From Octopus bimaculoides (lineage: Eukaryota): a stretch of 64,000 nucleotides of DNA. The notes under the pieces are model-generated. The model had not been told where the DNA came from and searched no databases. It saw nothing but the letters and a program-made list of their open reading frames with translations. Shown in pieces: positions 50,430-63,484 of the stretch (its first letter is position 1; every line of letters starts with the position of its first letter). The DNA is taken from positions 115,669,942-115,733,941 of the forward strand of contig NC_068983.1 of NCBI RefSeq assembly GCF_001194135.2, given 5' to 3'. The translations under genes and the position numbers were made by a program.

Positions 50430-50895
50430 TTGTAAAAGACCAATAGTTAAAACTCTATGTGCAATAATAAAAACCTTGTGTAAATTGTTCGTGGGTATTG
50501 TCTGTTACTTCTTCAAACAGCCCAGGACATTCATTTTCATTCAACCAGTCATCACCTCAGATCAGTCGACAACAATAACCCTACAACTCGCCACACGAGC
50601 AATTATTCCTACACATCGTCATCACAATTGATCACTTGGAACTTCAAATGGATTATACCAAACGGAAACAGGCAATGCAATAATATTCTGAAATCTCTAC
50701 CTTGTCGTCATTCAAGGATTCCAAATAATCATGATTTGTAATAACATCCTCATAGACTAACTCATCCTCCAAGCTATTCATTGAAATTGGTGGAGCTGTG
50801 GCTTTGAAACGTTCATCTTATATAGCGATAATTTAAAAAGGAAGGCTATGATGGATGATTTACAGTCAATAAGCGCTTTGTTACTTCTCTTGCAA
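50430..50895 (-). mobile_element. Probable hAT (Buster/Charlie-like) transposase remnant
   Basis: Minus-strand segments SLIDCKSSIIAFLFKLSLYKMNV and NPFEV resemble C-terminal hAT/ZBED-type motifs; heavily decayed. Confidence 0.4.
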
Positions 50896-53800
50896 TAAAT
50901 ATATTGAGATCACTTAGGTTAGTGAATGCTAAGGGAAAAAATATCACATTTAGAAGCAATCAAAGAAGTGGATAGTGGAGTGTTTTGATAAAAAATTATT
51001 ATTGCATCAAACAGCCCTTCAGTTTGCTGCCCCCGGGCTCCCACAAAAATATTTCCTACAATAGACTCAAAAGTTGTGCCACTCAAGATGGACCCCCTCT
51101 ATTCCCCACACTCTAACTACACTTGGGATTACTGGCATACCTCAACTTACATCATTTCAAGTTAAGTCTTTCTTGACATTACATCATTTTTTTAAAGAAA
51201 TTAATGGGCAAAAAACCCCAACTTCAGTTGATTTATCCAACTTAACATCAGTCTCCGTGAAAATACATATCCCTTTAGTATTGAGATTGTCCTCTCAAAT
51301 ATAATGCATATTCATTCACATTGTTTTGCATTATCTTGCTGCTTTCAGATTTCACTGATGCCACCATCATTATCGTCGTTTAACATCTGCTTTCCATGCT
51401 GGCTTGGGTTGGACAGTTTGACTGTGAACTGGCAAACCAGATGGCTACACCAGACTCCAATCTGATTTGGCCAGATTTCTACAGCTGGATGCCCTTCCTA
51501 ATGCTAGCCACTCCGAGAGTGTAGTGAGTGGTTTTACGTGCCACTGGAATGGGAGCCAGTCAGGTACCTTGAACATAAAATAGGTAGAATATTTGGGCTA
51601 GATATGCCCAATTTACATGCTTAACAGTTAAAAGCATAACATTTTTTAAAAAGCCTAAAACCCAATAATGATTGAAAAATCAAATAAAATACATATGTAC
51701 AAACAGTTTATTAAAACAGATGTTGTTTAAAAGGGTTTTAAAATATCTTTTTGTGTCATGTCATTTTTTTTCTTTCTTTGTTAACTCACGTCCTGGAAAT
51801 GGGGTCTGGACAAAACCCCTCTCTGAAGTATGTGAATGAGAGGAAGACCATGAAGGAATTTCTGAATGGCATAGGGCACTGTAACAGGTTGTAATAAAAC
51901 AACCTTTAAATGAACCTCAACACTTAATGAGATTTTTGATATTGTGTTTGTTTTAATTTTTCAAAGATATGCTATGATGTTCTTTTTATCATGCTCATTA
52001 CCAACCTAAGTTGAAGTATGCATATACTGATAAATTTTTATATGACTACATAAAGTGGGGTGGAATTAATTTCTATATTTTTCTGTATTCCCTTTTTTTG
52101 CTTTATTTTTCTCTCTTGTATTTCTCTCTACCTCCTTTTGTTTTCTCATTTATTCTATAACTTAGTTACCTTGTACATTAAACATGTCAATTTCAAAAAC
52201 TACCATATTGTTACTGTGTGACATTTTGGAACAGAGCTGCTGATAATCACTCTTAGATTAAATTCTTCTGTTTTCCATTTCTATATGTATTGTATATTTG
52301 TCTATGTTTTTTATTGTCGATACTCCTTTTTTTACCACTCCCTCTACTTCTCACGGGGATGAGACTTAAATGTATGGAGATGTTGTTTGCAGTATAAATT
52401 ACAAAGTATGTTTCAAATATCTGCTTGTGATACAAATCTATTTAAACTAGATTCTTGCCAAGTTGATGTATTTAACTGTATGGTAAATAGATATGTGTTG
52501 TGTATGTGTGTATGTATGCATGTATGTATGTATGTATGTATGTATGTGTGTGTGTATATGTGTCCACACACACACACATATATATATAGACACATGTACA
52601 CAAACACACACACAAGTGGGTGATCAAACAAATGGAAGTACAACTCAACACACACAGATGGAATTATATTTATTGAATAATAGGCTGACTTAGTTCGGCA
52701 TGTTACTTAAAGATTCATGGATGTGAAAAAACTTGACATATAAAGACAAATATATGTATTTGATAAATATATATTTATGTATGCATATTTTCAACACACA
52801 CACACATGTATATTTCCCTCTATCAATTTTTTTCTCAAAGCATTGTTCAACCTACAGCCACAGTCTGATGATGGCTTAAGCTAGTTGAAACTTTGAAGTC
52901 ACTATCAATACTATTCTTGTTAAAAAATAATAAATATGTACTCTACAGAAGTATGGAGTAATTCTTCAGATTAATGTAAAATTATTTTCATTATAACTAA
53001 TGGAAACAACTATTAATATGTGTGTGTGTCTGCACATATGTATGTGCATGTGTGTGTTTATATAAAGCTTCCATCCATGAAATTCTTTTCTCAAAACATT
53101 GCTGACCCTAAAACAGACTTGCCTAATATGTTGAAAAGTGAAACCAAACTTAGTATGACATGATTGTGAAGTGAACTTTTTAATAATATAATATATGGTG
53201 TATGATATGATATATATATTTCTAAACTGACCCACTAATGATCTTATGATCTATAATGATCCATTTAACTACTTACATTAATTAGCTGATTACTGCAGTT
53301 TAGTTGTTTTTTGTTTTTTTTTTCACTTCCTTTGTTTGTACATTTCGTCATGTTTTGTTTGTATTTAGTCTGAAATTATTTCATAGCTAACTCATTTCTG
53401 AGAGTAAAATGCTAATTTGGGATGTGCCAATAATATTTAAGGCCACAACTATGTGGTTGCTTGGTACATGAAGCTGTTTGTTGATATACTTCACAATAAA
53501 TCCACAAACCATGCACAATGCAAATATTTTGCTATCATTTTCTCTTCTAAATGTCAGCAGTCACTTCATTTTCTTTCTTAGAGTTTTTTTACACTTTTTT
53601 TCTCAAACTCCTCTTTCCAAGACTATGGACATTTATAAAAATACGTGAGCAACCAGGCTACACAATGTTCCATGAAATCAAATGATAATTATAATTGTGA
53701 TTGATTGATTAAAAGGTGAAACTAATAGCCAGAAATTCAATCTCTTAAACTGACATCTCACTGTAATAACACATTCACTGTTGTCATTGTTGTTGTTGTT

Positions 53801-54608
53801 TTGCTCCTTGTCATCCCTAATCACAGACCTAGAATCAAAAGTGCTCAAGCCATGATCATCTTGTCATTTTCCAAACATAGCGAATCAAAAATTACCTCAT
53901 CAATTGTGTCCTTTGTTTTCTAAGAAGATAGGACAGTGGATTTCTTCATGTTTTAGGTATCTTGGTACATGGGAAATCAAATCTGAAATTTATGATGCAT
54001 TTTACATAATAAATCAAAAAGTAGTAGTTTGAAGATTAAAATTTAGAAAACAATAATTTGAACTGTTGCTTACATTGTTTTTTAATCATGGCATGGCTAC
54101 ATGTTCCGGGTTCAGTCTCATGGCACTTTGTGCAGGTGTCTTCTACTATAGCCTCAGGACAACCAAAGCCTTGTGAATGGATTTGGTAGATAGAAACTGA
54201 AAGAAGCCTGTTGTATATATAAATATATATATATATATATATGTGTGAAAGAGAGAGATGTATATATAGGTAGATAGGTATGTATATGTACACACACACA
54301 TATATAGATAGATAGATATACATTCATTAATATCATTTTTATATCTACTTATTCCAAGTTGCTATAGATTTGCCAAGCCTTCTTGAGGTAGTATTCTAAA
54401 GCCAAAAACTCCCCATTCACAACAATCCTTGCTTTCAAGTAATATTTTACTTGTCTTTACACTAATTTTCATGCACCAAATTGCCAAGCTGTAAGTCATA
54501 TAATTTATGCAGGGCATAACAAATCTCAACACTGCCTAAATGGTATCAATGTGAAGACAAACACAAACACACATGCACACACAGATACATGCACACACAA
54601 ACACACAC

Positions 54609-54664
<56 letters not shown>

Positions 54665-55076
54665 TCAGTGGTGGACCCAAGATGTGGGCCTGAGGAGCCC
54701 TTCTAAATAATGTTATTATGCCCTTTTCTCCTGGAATTGGTATTCCCTTCTGACCTTGTCCTCCTCCCCTTCGAAAAATTCCTGGAACTGCACCTGGTAT
54801 GCATACACACACACACACACACACACACACATGCATGTGTTTGTGTGTGTGTGTGTGTGTGTGTATGATTAGTAAAGGCTTGTTTGAAAAGTTTAAGAAG
54901 CATTTAGATTTGCACAACATAAAAATGACTGATGAAGTTGCCATTTCCAATACAGAGACAGCTCCTAAATATCACAGGCAGCTGAAGAAAATGGTTGTTA
55001 AGAGCACTACACACTAGATCAAATATACAATGTTGATGAAACTGCACTTTTCTGGAGGTCAATGCCTGCTAGAATT

Positions 55077-55107
<31 letters not shown>

Positions 55108-55333
55108 TTTTGCGAAGAAAATCAACAAGAGGATTTAAAGCTTGCATAGATAGTTTTGTCTGGAAGAGATGTCACTGGTGATATGAAATTAAATCCCTTA
55201 TTTGCTTAATCACTCCGAAAAGGGCTTTCACATGTCACACAAAGTTTATCTCTGATTTGGCATTGAAATAAGAAGGCATGGATGACTAAGATCCTTCTTG
55301 AAGAACAGTTTACAAACATTATTTTGTCCTGTT

Positions 55334-55549
55334 AAGGCAGCAAGCTGGCAGAATCATTAGCCTGCCAGGTGAAATGTTTAGCAGTATTTCGTCTGTCTTC
55401 GTGTTCTGAGCACACATTCTGCTAAGGTTGACTTTGCCTTTCATCTCTTTGGGGGCTCGATAAATAAAGTACCAGTTGTGTACTGGGGTCAATCTAATCG
55501 ACTGGCCCCCTCCCATCAAATTTCAGGCTTTGTGCCTATAGTAGAAAAG
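55334..55549 (+). mobile_element. SINE family C, full length with 16-bp TSD
   Basis: Perfect direct repeat attattttgtcctgtt at 55318-55333 and 55550-55565. Confidence 0.9.
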
Positions 55550-56229
55550 ATTATTTTGTCCTGTTGTAAAAAGGTGCTGTGATAGACATAATATTTCCAA
55601 AAAATCATATCTCCTTTTAGGTAATGTACCAAGTCACCCAGTGAACTTTCTGTTAATGTAAGAGAATATATCCCCAAGGATACAATTTCTTTGCTCCAGT
55701 CAATGGATCAAGTTATGATAGCTAATTTCAAAGCATAATATATGAGAACTTTCAAATAACTTATAAAAGCAATTGACAGGGAAAATAAGCCTACAGTTAG
55801 ACTTCTTGAAGAAGTTCAACATAATGAATGTTGTATGATAAAATACCTGAGCCATAGGATAAACTGAAACCCTCAACTTTAAATGATACTTGGAAAAATA
55901 TATGATTAGACAGTATCTGTGACTTTACAAGTTTTCCACAAGCAGAAAGTCCACATCAAATTTGGAAAGTTATTGTGGAAATTGCAAATGATGTAGGGTA
56001 TGACACTAGCATTTAAACTGGCCATATCCAGCTAAATATTCTACCTATTTCGTGTTCAAACTGGCCAGATCTTGCCTCTCACACCAACCCTACAACATCA
56101 TTTTAAAAATTAATGGTTACCTTATCAAAATTTCAGAGCAACAAGATAAATGCATGTTTAATTCAAAATAATGTGAATAAATAAGCATTACTTTTGACAG
56201 AATAACGTGAATGCTAGGCTTCATATAAG

Positions 56230-57000
56230 GTTGGTGTAAACCTGTATTTAAATCACAGTTAATGTCTAAATAGTTGATGGAGTAGTTTTCATTCTCTGTT
56301 GTAATGGAGAGGCTGAATCTATTGAAGAATTTATACAGGCATTTCTTGAGTAACCCTAGGCGTCTGTTGGAAATGCTTTTAATAAGGAAAACTGCATCGG
56401 CTCTATATAGACCTCCCATGAGTTCAGGGAATTCCCTATAGATGTTATCTAGGAGGTAAATACCCACAAGGTCACTTACCTTGGTTGAGTCCAGGGCTCC
56501 CATAGTTATATCAAAGAAGTCAGGGGTATCCTTTCTGGCCCACAACTTATTATTGAATTCAATAATGGACTTATGGGTCATTAGGATTACATTAATTTCT
56601 TTTCTACATAACTTAGTATAATTCATAGCAAAAATAAGCACACTGTTTAGGATTGTAGGGTTTATAGACAAGTAATAATTTTAGATGACAATTTGCAAAA
56701 ATTTATGATTATCCTTATATTTTATGTTAGAGAACCATTCTATTGTGCCTTGGGTATTTGTCTATAATTCCAGTTTAATTTTCTTCTCATGAGTTGGTAT
56801 ATACTTATCCAAGATTGCTTTGCTAAGCTTACTTAAGTCTGACTTATTGAGGCATATTAATCTGACCTGGGTGTTATGTAGGTAATTATCTTTATGGTCC
56901 TTAATAGTAATACGAGGTCTAATCGGTATAAAAGGTTCAATTCGATCATCAATATTATACTCTAACATAATCTTTTTGGCCTCTAAGTTGATTGTTTTAA
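56230..57000 (-). mobile_element. Divergent Penelope-like RT fragment (FDITMG / GLYR.D type), inactive
   Basis: PRITIKDHKDNY..NTQVRLI..NKSDLSKLSK, FFDITMGALDSTKVSDLVGIYLL, GGLYRADA (catalytic DD altered), INYLDINCDLNTGLHQPYMKP. Confidence 0.8.
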
Positions 57001-57334
57001 GAGTACTTCTAGGGACTACTTTATATTTTTTAAGGATTTCGCGGTGAATGAGTATATATATATAGATATAAATATATAGATATATAGATATAGATATTTG
57101 TTTGTGTGATATGTGTGTTTATATATATACTAATATATACTTTTGTTATTTACACCACCTGTCCTCGTCTGTTGTTATTTTTTGTATATTCTCCCATATA
57201 TATATATATATATATATATAGGCATAATGCACACACACACGTGTGTGTGTGTGTGTGTGTACTTACTGTCCAGCCTCATTTAGCAGAGACAGTAACCAAT
57301 GAATAAAAGATGTGCACACAAGAACCAATTTATT

Positions 57335-57368
<34 letters not shown>

Positions 57369-57732
57369 GAATGGTAATTAATGCAGGGGGAAAATAGCTG
57401 GTCTTGAACTACATATCCCAACTAATCCCATTAGAATGGTAAAAATAACATTTCCTGAATTGCTCGTAATGAGAAGGATCAATACAAGACAATAAATAGG
57501 ATATTCTTAGAATTATATTTTTGACTTTTAATATTCTTTAAAGTCTGCAAATCATCAGACCGGATGTATTAGTGTGTCTGGTTTTGATGCCTTCTTGTTT
57601 TGAGTTCCACATTGGTTGGAGCATGAATTTTGTTATTGTTAAACCTCCTGTCTCTTTTAATAAATTGTTGTTGTTGTTGTTGCTGTTATTGATGATTAGC
57701 TTCAGATTATTTTTGATCAAGCAGTTTTGTCA

Positions 57733-57918
57733 TTAACTCTTTAGCATTCAGATTGATCTGTTAAATGTAATGCTTGCTTATTCACAATGTTTTCAATTAA
57801 TCATGCATTATCTCAATGATGTAACTGTTTACTTTTGAGGCAAGATCTGGCTGGTTTGAACATAAAACGGGTAAAATGCTCAGACCAAATATGGTCAGTT
57901 TAAGTGCTAAGGGGTTAA
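57733..57918. mobile_element. piggyBac-type MITE (internally deleted)
   Basis: TTAA-CTCTTTAGCA...TGCTAAGGGG-TTAA. Confidence 0.75.
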
Positions 57919-57982
57919 AGACATTTCAGCTTGGATCATCTAATTTATTTTCAGCTCTAATGTATCTAGGACTATATTATTC

Positions 57983-58325
57983 AAATGGCACCTGTGCCCA
58001 GTGTCGCCTTTATGGCACTTGTGCCTGTGGCATGTGTAAGGACTTTCGAGCGAGATCGTTGTCAGTGCCCCTGGACTTGCTCTTGTGCGGGTGGCACATA
58101 AAATACACCATTTTGAGCATGGTTGTTGCCAGTACCGCCTGACTGGCCTTCGTGCTGGTGGCACGTAAAAGCACCCACTGCACTCTCTGAGTGGTTGGCG
58201 TTAGGAAGGGCATCCAGCTGTAGAAATTCTGCCAAATCAGATTGGAGCCTGGTGTAGCCATCCGGTTTCACCAGTACTCAGTCAAATCGTCCAACCCATG
58301 CTAGCATGGAAAGCAGACGTTAAAC

Positions 58326-58365
<40 letters not shown>
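57983..58365 (+). mobile_element. RTE 3'-end copy with long (GAT)n tail
   Basis: Reverse complement of the 35713 copy; ends ccatgctagcatggaaagcagacgttaaac(gat)n. Confidence 0.9.
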
Positions 58366-58929
58366 TGTCCTTCCTTTTCTTTTCCCATAATGCTGTAAGG
58401 AACATTTGACTTCTATTATTTCTAACATTGAAATCTGCTATTTCTAGTCTATGAAACATCCATACAGAGGCTCATTTAATGGGTTGTTGTTGCAGTAGTG
58501 GCAGTGGTGGCTCTTGGTAGTTGTTATTTAGTGTCAGGTCAACTCTTATCCAACAGGCCTCTGATCAAAGTTGTTCCAGCCATGACCATCTCAGCCTTAT
58601 TATTTTAGATACAGCATTTCATGAACTGCTTCATACAAGACATATTTTCTTAAGACATCAGATTATTATCTTAAGGAGATTTAGCTGCTTGTTCTTACAT
58701 GTTGATCAACAATGTATAGGTATCAGAGCCCACTCCTATACAGATAGTTGATTATGACTATAAAATGAAATGGCTCAATTGTATATTGCATTGAACTTTC
58801 TGGAAGCAGCTAACCACCACTCTCCAACACACACATGGAAGTGAAATAGATTCAACCAGCTGAATTTAGATTTTCTTAGTTATATGTCTCCTTTATCTGA
58901 TTTGTTTTCTTTTTACTTGTTTCAGTCTT

Positions 58930-61530
58930 TGAATTGTAGCCATGCTTGAGAACTGTCTTAAGGTTAAAGCTCTTGTGAATGGACAGAGATTTAGAGATGT
59001 ATTACTCAAAGCTTTTGACGAAATAGAGGGGGATATAACATTACATGATGTGGAAGACAACTGGAGGTGTCTATGGGACAACCTGCTGAGGGCCACCGAC
59101 CAGATCTCTGGATGGTACAAAGACCCCTCTTGACCCAAGGTAAAGTGGTGGTAGAACAATGTTGTTGACAAGGCCATTAGGGAAAAGAATCTGGATTGGA
59201 AGGACTGGAAGAATAATGGTAACAGGGAATTGAATCAGACTGCCAGAAGGGAAGCTAGGAGACAGGTTTATTTAGCCAGAAGGGAAGCAGATAAGAAAAA
59301 ATTTACCAATATTCTGTGCCGTGAAGACCAAAGACTTGAGGAATTTCATGTTGTAAAACAGTGTGTGAGAGAGAATCGTGATCTCATAGGAGAGAAATGT
59401 GTCTGCATGGATGACAGTTCACTTGCATTAAATGAGGCTGCAAAGAGACACCGCTATGAAAGGTTGCCAATTAAAGAGAATGAATGGGAGAAAGAGAGTC
59501 TGCCGAATGCCAACCCAACAGAGGTACCAGCTATGCGAATTGACAGTACCTTGGTAGATAAAGCAATTAAGGGTATGAAGACAGGGAAAGTCCCCGGCCC
59601 ATCGGAAATTACTGCAGAGATGCTCAAAATATCTGGCAGTGTCAGATAAAGCCTAGTCACCCATATAGTAAGCCAGGTGATACACGAAGGAGTCATACCC
59701 AATGATTGGTGTAGCAGCACCATAGTCAACTGCTACAAAGGTAAAGGTGACACGTTAGATACAAATAATTACAGAAGTATCAAGTTGTTGGATCAAGTGA
59801 TGAAAGTTATGGAGAGGGTCATAGCCTAACTAATTAGGGAGAGAGTCAGTCTAGACGAGATGCAGTTTGGGTTCGTGCCAGGAAAAAGCACCACTGATGC
59901 TATATTTCTGGCTAGACAGCTGCAGGAGAAATACCTAGCCAAAGATAAACCTCTCTACCTGGCTTTCGTTGACATGGAAAAAGCCTTTGACAGGATCCTC
60001 CGATCTCTTACCTGGTGGTCACTGAGGAAATTAGGGATAGATGAATGGTTAGTGAGAGTTGTGCAAGCCATATACAGGGATGCTGTCAGTAAGGTGAGGG
60101 TTAACAACAAGTACAGTGAAAAATTCCAGGTAGGGGCAGGGGTCCACCAAGGATCAGTCCTCAGCCACCTCTTATTCATCAAAGTCCTCCAGGCAATGAC
60201 AGAGGAATTCAAGACAGGATGCCCCTGGGAGCTCCTCTATGCTGATGACATTGCTCTTATTGCTGAAGCACTATGAGAACTAGAGGAGAAGTTTCAGGTG
60301 TGGAAGCAAGGATTAGAATCGAAGGGCCTTAGAGTCAACCTAGCTAAACCAAAGTCCTAATAAGTAGGAAGGCAGACAAACCACAAATCACTTCAGGTAG
60401 ATGGCCCTGCTCAATCTGTAGAAAAGGTGTAGGTAGAAACTCCATAAGATGTACTCAGTGTAAGCTATGGACACATAAGAGGTGCAGCAATATCAAAGGA
60501 AGACTAACTGGGAAAATAGTTTTTGTATGTGGCAAATGCTCAGGAGCAATAAACACTGAAAATGTACAGAGAATAGCTTCTGCTACATTCTAAGGAGAAA
60601 AACTACAAGTAGTTGATAGCTTCCGTTACCTAGGTGACCAAGTCAGTAGCAGGGGTGGATGCTCTGAAGGTGTAGCTGCTAGAATAAGAATAGCCTGGGC
60701 AAAGTTCAGAGAGCTCCTACCTCTGCTGGTGACAAAGGGCCCCTCACTCAGAGTAAAAGGCAGACTGTATGACACGTGTGTGAAATGCCATGCTACATGG
60801 CAGTGAAACATGGGCTGTGACTGCTGAAGACATGCGTAGGCTTGCAAGGAATGAAGCCAGTATGCTCCACTAGATGTGTAATGTCAGTGTGCATACACAA
60901 TAGAGTGTAAGCACCCTGAGAGAAAAGTTGGACTTTAGAAGCATCAGATGTGGTGTGCAAGAGAGTCGATTGTGCTGGTATGGTCATGTGTTGCGAATGG
61001 ATGAGGACAGCTGTGTGAAAAAGTGTCACACCCTAGCAGTTGAGGGAACCTGTGGAAGAGGTAGACTCAGGAAGACCTGGGATGAGGTGGTGCAGCATGA
61101 CCTTTGAACATTGCTCCTCACCGAGGCAATGATTAGTGACCGTGACCTTTGGAGATATGCTGTGCTTGAGAAAGTCCGGCAAGCCAAGTGAGACCATAAC
61201 CCGTGGCCTATGGCAGTGGTGTATAACCAGCTCACTTACGAGTACCCTTCATTCATTGGACAATAAATTTTACTTGCAAAGACCTGTTGAGGCAAGTGAA
61301 ATCAAAATTGGTGATGTGGCTGCTGACAGTACTGCCTGATGGGCACTCGTGCCAGTGGAACATTAAAAGTAGCATCTGAGTGTGATCATTGCCAGAGCCA
61401 CTGACTGGCTCTCGTGACGGTGGCACATAAAAAGCACCATTTAAACATGATCATTGCCAGCATCGCCTAACTGGCATGTGTTAGTGGCACGGGAAAAACA
61501 ACATTTTAGTGTGGCCATTGCCAGTGTCGC
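58930..61530 (+). mobile_element. RTE-clade LINE, about 2.6 kb truncated copy (linker, RT, PHD-like finger, C-terminus, partial 3' UTR); pseudogenised
   Basis: MKTGKVPGPSEITAEMLK, YKGKGD, MQFGFVPGKSTTDAIF, YLAFVDMEKAFDR, GVHQGSVLS.LLF, LLYADD (60238-60249), SFRYLGD, HGSETWAV; several in-frame stops and frameshifts. Confidence 0.95.
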
Positions 61531-61681
61531 CAGCTTTGTATTTTCTCATAAAAACTCCAAGGCAGGTACATAGTGATTTCCAAGGAAGCTGCCTGGGATC
61601 ATTCGCAATCTGATGACAAAGACATGAAGAATTGTTTGAATAAGCACCAATATATCATTGGAATATATACATAGACATATG

Positions 61682-61757
<76 letters not shown>

Positions 61758-62158
61758 NNNNNNNNNNNNNNNNNNNNNNNNNNNNNNNNNNNNNNNNNNN
61801 NNNNNNNNNNNNNNNNNNNNNNNNNNNNNNNNNNNNNNNNNNNNNNNNNNNNNNNNNNNNNNNNNNNNNNNNNNNNNNNNNNNNNNNNNNNNNNNNNNNN
61901 NNNNNNNNNNNNNNNNNNNNNNNNNNNNNNNNNNNNNNNNNNNNNNNNNNNNNNNNNNNNNNNNNNNNNNNNNNNNNNNNNNNNNNNNNNNNNNNNNNNN
62001 NNNNNNNNNNNNNNNNNNNNNNNNNNNNNNNNNNNNNNNNNNNNNNNNNNNNNNNNNNNNNNNNNNNNNNNNNNNNNNNNNNNNNNNNNNNNNNNNNNNN
62101 NNNNNNNNNNNNNNNNNNNNNNNNNNNNNNNNNNNNNNNNNNTATACATAGACATATG

Positions 62159-62208
<50 letters not shown>

Positions 62209-62224
62209 CATACATATATATAGT

Positions 62225-62606
62225 GGAGGCGCAATGGCCCAGTGGTTAGGGCACCGGACTCACAGTCATAGGATCGCGATTTCGATTCCCAGACCGGGCG
62301 TTGTGAGTGTTTATTGAGCGAAAACACCTAAAGCTCCACGAGGCTCCAGTAGGGGATGGTGGCGAACCCTGCTGTACTCTTTCACCACAACTTTTTCTCA
62401 CTCTCACTTTCTGTTTCTGTTGTGCCTGTAATCCAAAGGGTTAGCTTTGTCACACTGTGTCACGCTGAATATCCCCAAGAACTACGTTAAGAGTACACGT
62501 GTCTGTGGAGTGCTCAGCCACTTGCACGTTAATTTCATGAGCAGGCTGTTCCCTTGATCAGATCAACTGGAACCCTCGACGTCATAAGCGACGGAGTGCC
62601 AACAAC
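62225..62606 (+). mobile_element. SINE family D, full length
   Basis: Highly similar to 18047-18430; A box TGGCCCAGTGG and B-box-like GATTTCGATTCCC. Confidence 0.9.
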
Positions 62607-62627
62607 ATACATATATATACATACATA

Positions 62628-62674
<47 letters not shown>

Positions 62675-62995
62675 CACACACGCACATACATATGTATGCA
62701 CGCACGCACACACAGACACACATATATAACTAATAAAAAGGGTTGCTTATTAGCAATTAGAACCTAAAGGCACAACTAACAGAGGTCACAAAAGTTACAG
62801 AGGGTGCTGGTCAGCACTGTTTATGCTAAAATAAGAGTTAAATTAACTCCAAAGCCACAAATCACTAACTTAATGATTGACAAAGGGAAGTAAGCCCCTA
62901 TCGTAGGAAGATAGTTCACAATTTTGAATCTTGGTGTTGACACATTAATTCTCATCAGCTGCTTTTAACGCCTAGGGTAAAGCTCAACTTCCTCT

Positions 62996-63268
62996 ATCAA
63001 TCATATAAGAAAGACCATTTAAATCAATCATATAAGAAAGACCATTTAAATCAATCATATAAGAAAGACCGTTTAAATCAATCATATAAGAAAGACCGTT
63101 TAAATCAATCATATAAGAAAGACCATTTAAATCAATCATATAAGAAAGACCATTTAAATCAATCATATAAGAAAGACCATTTAAATCAATCATATAAGAA
63201 AGACCATTTAAATCAATCATATAAGAAAGACCATTTAAATCAATCATATAAGAAAGACCATTTAAATC
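62996..63268. repeat. 27-bp minisatellite, 10 copies (atcaatcatataagaaagaccatttaa)
   Basis: Counted units; units 3 and 4 carry an A>G variant; no spacers. Confidence 0.97.
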
Positions 63269-63425
63269 CTACTGATTTTCAGAATGGTGTAAGTGTAAAC
63301 AACTAATAAAAAGGGTAGCTTATTAGCAATTAGAACCTAAAGGCAATAATTATGTGTGTCTTTGTGTCACAAAATTGGTCACAAAATTGATGGAGGGTTC
63401 TGACCAGCACCATTTATATTTATAC

Positions 63426-63484
<59 letters not shown>

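Noticed and set aside
54664-54797. Short GC-rich insert within (CA)n with cagtggtgg / cacctg ends as a MITE
   Set aside because: Terminal complementarity is too weak and there is no second copy in the window.
61666-62215. Direct duplication tatacatagacatatgcata(ca)n(ta)n on both sides of a gap
   Set aside because: Most likely overlapping contig ends around a mis-sized gap.
62900-62962. Minus-strand CTGATGAG...ttcaaaa as a second hammerhead
   Set aside because: GAAA is absent, and stems I and III do not pair convincingly.
62996-63268. CRISPR-like array, or repeat-protein ORF (MIDLNGLSY)n at 62984-63247
   Set aside because: Units are directly adjacent with no unique spacers, there are no cas genes and the context is eukaryotic. 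The ORF follows from a stop-free 27-bp unit.
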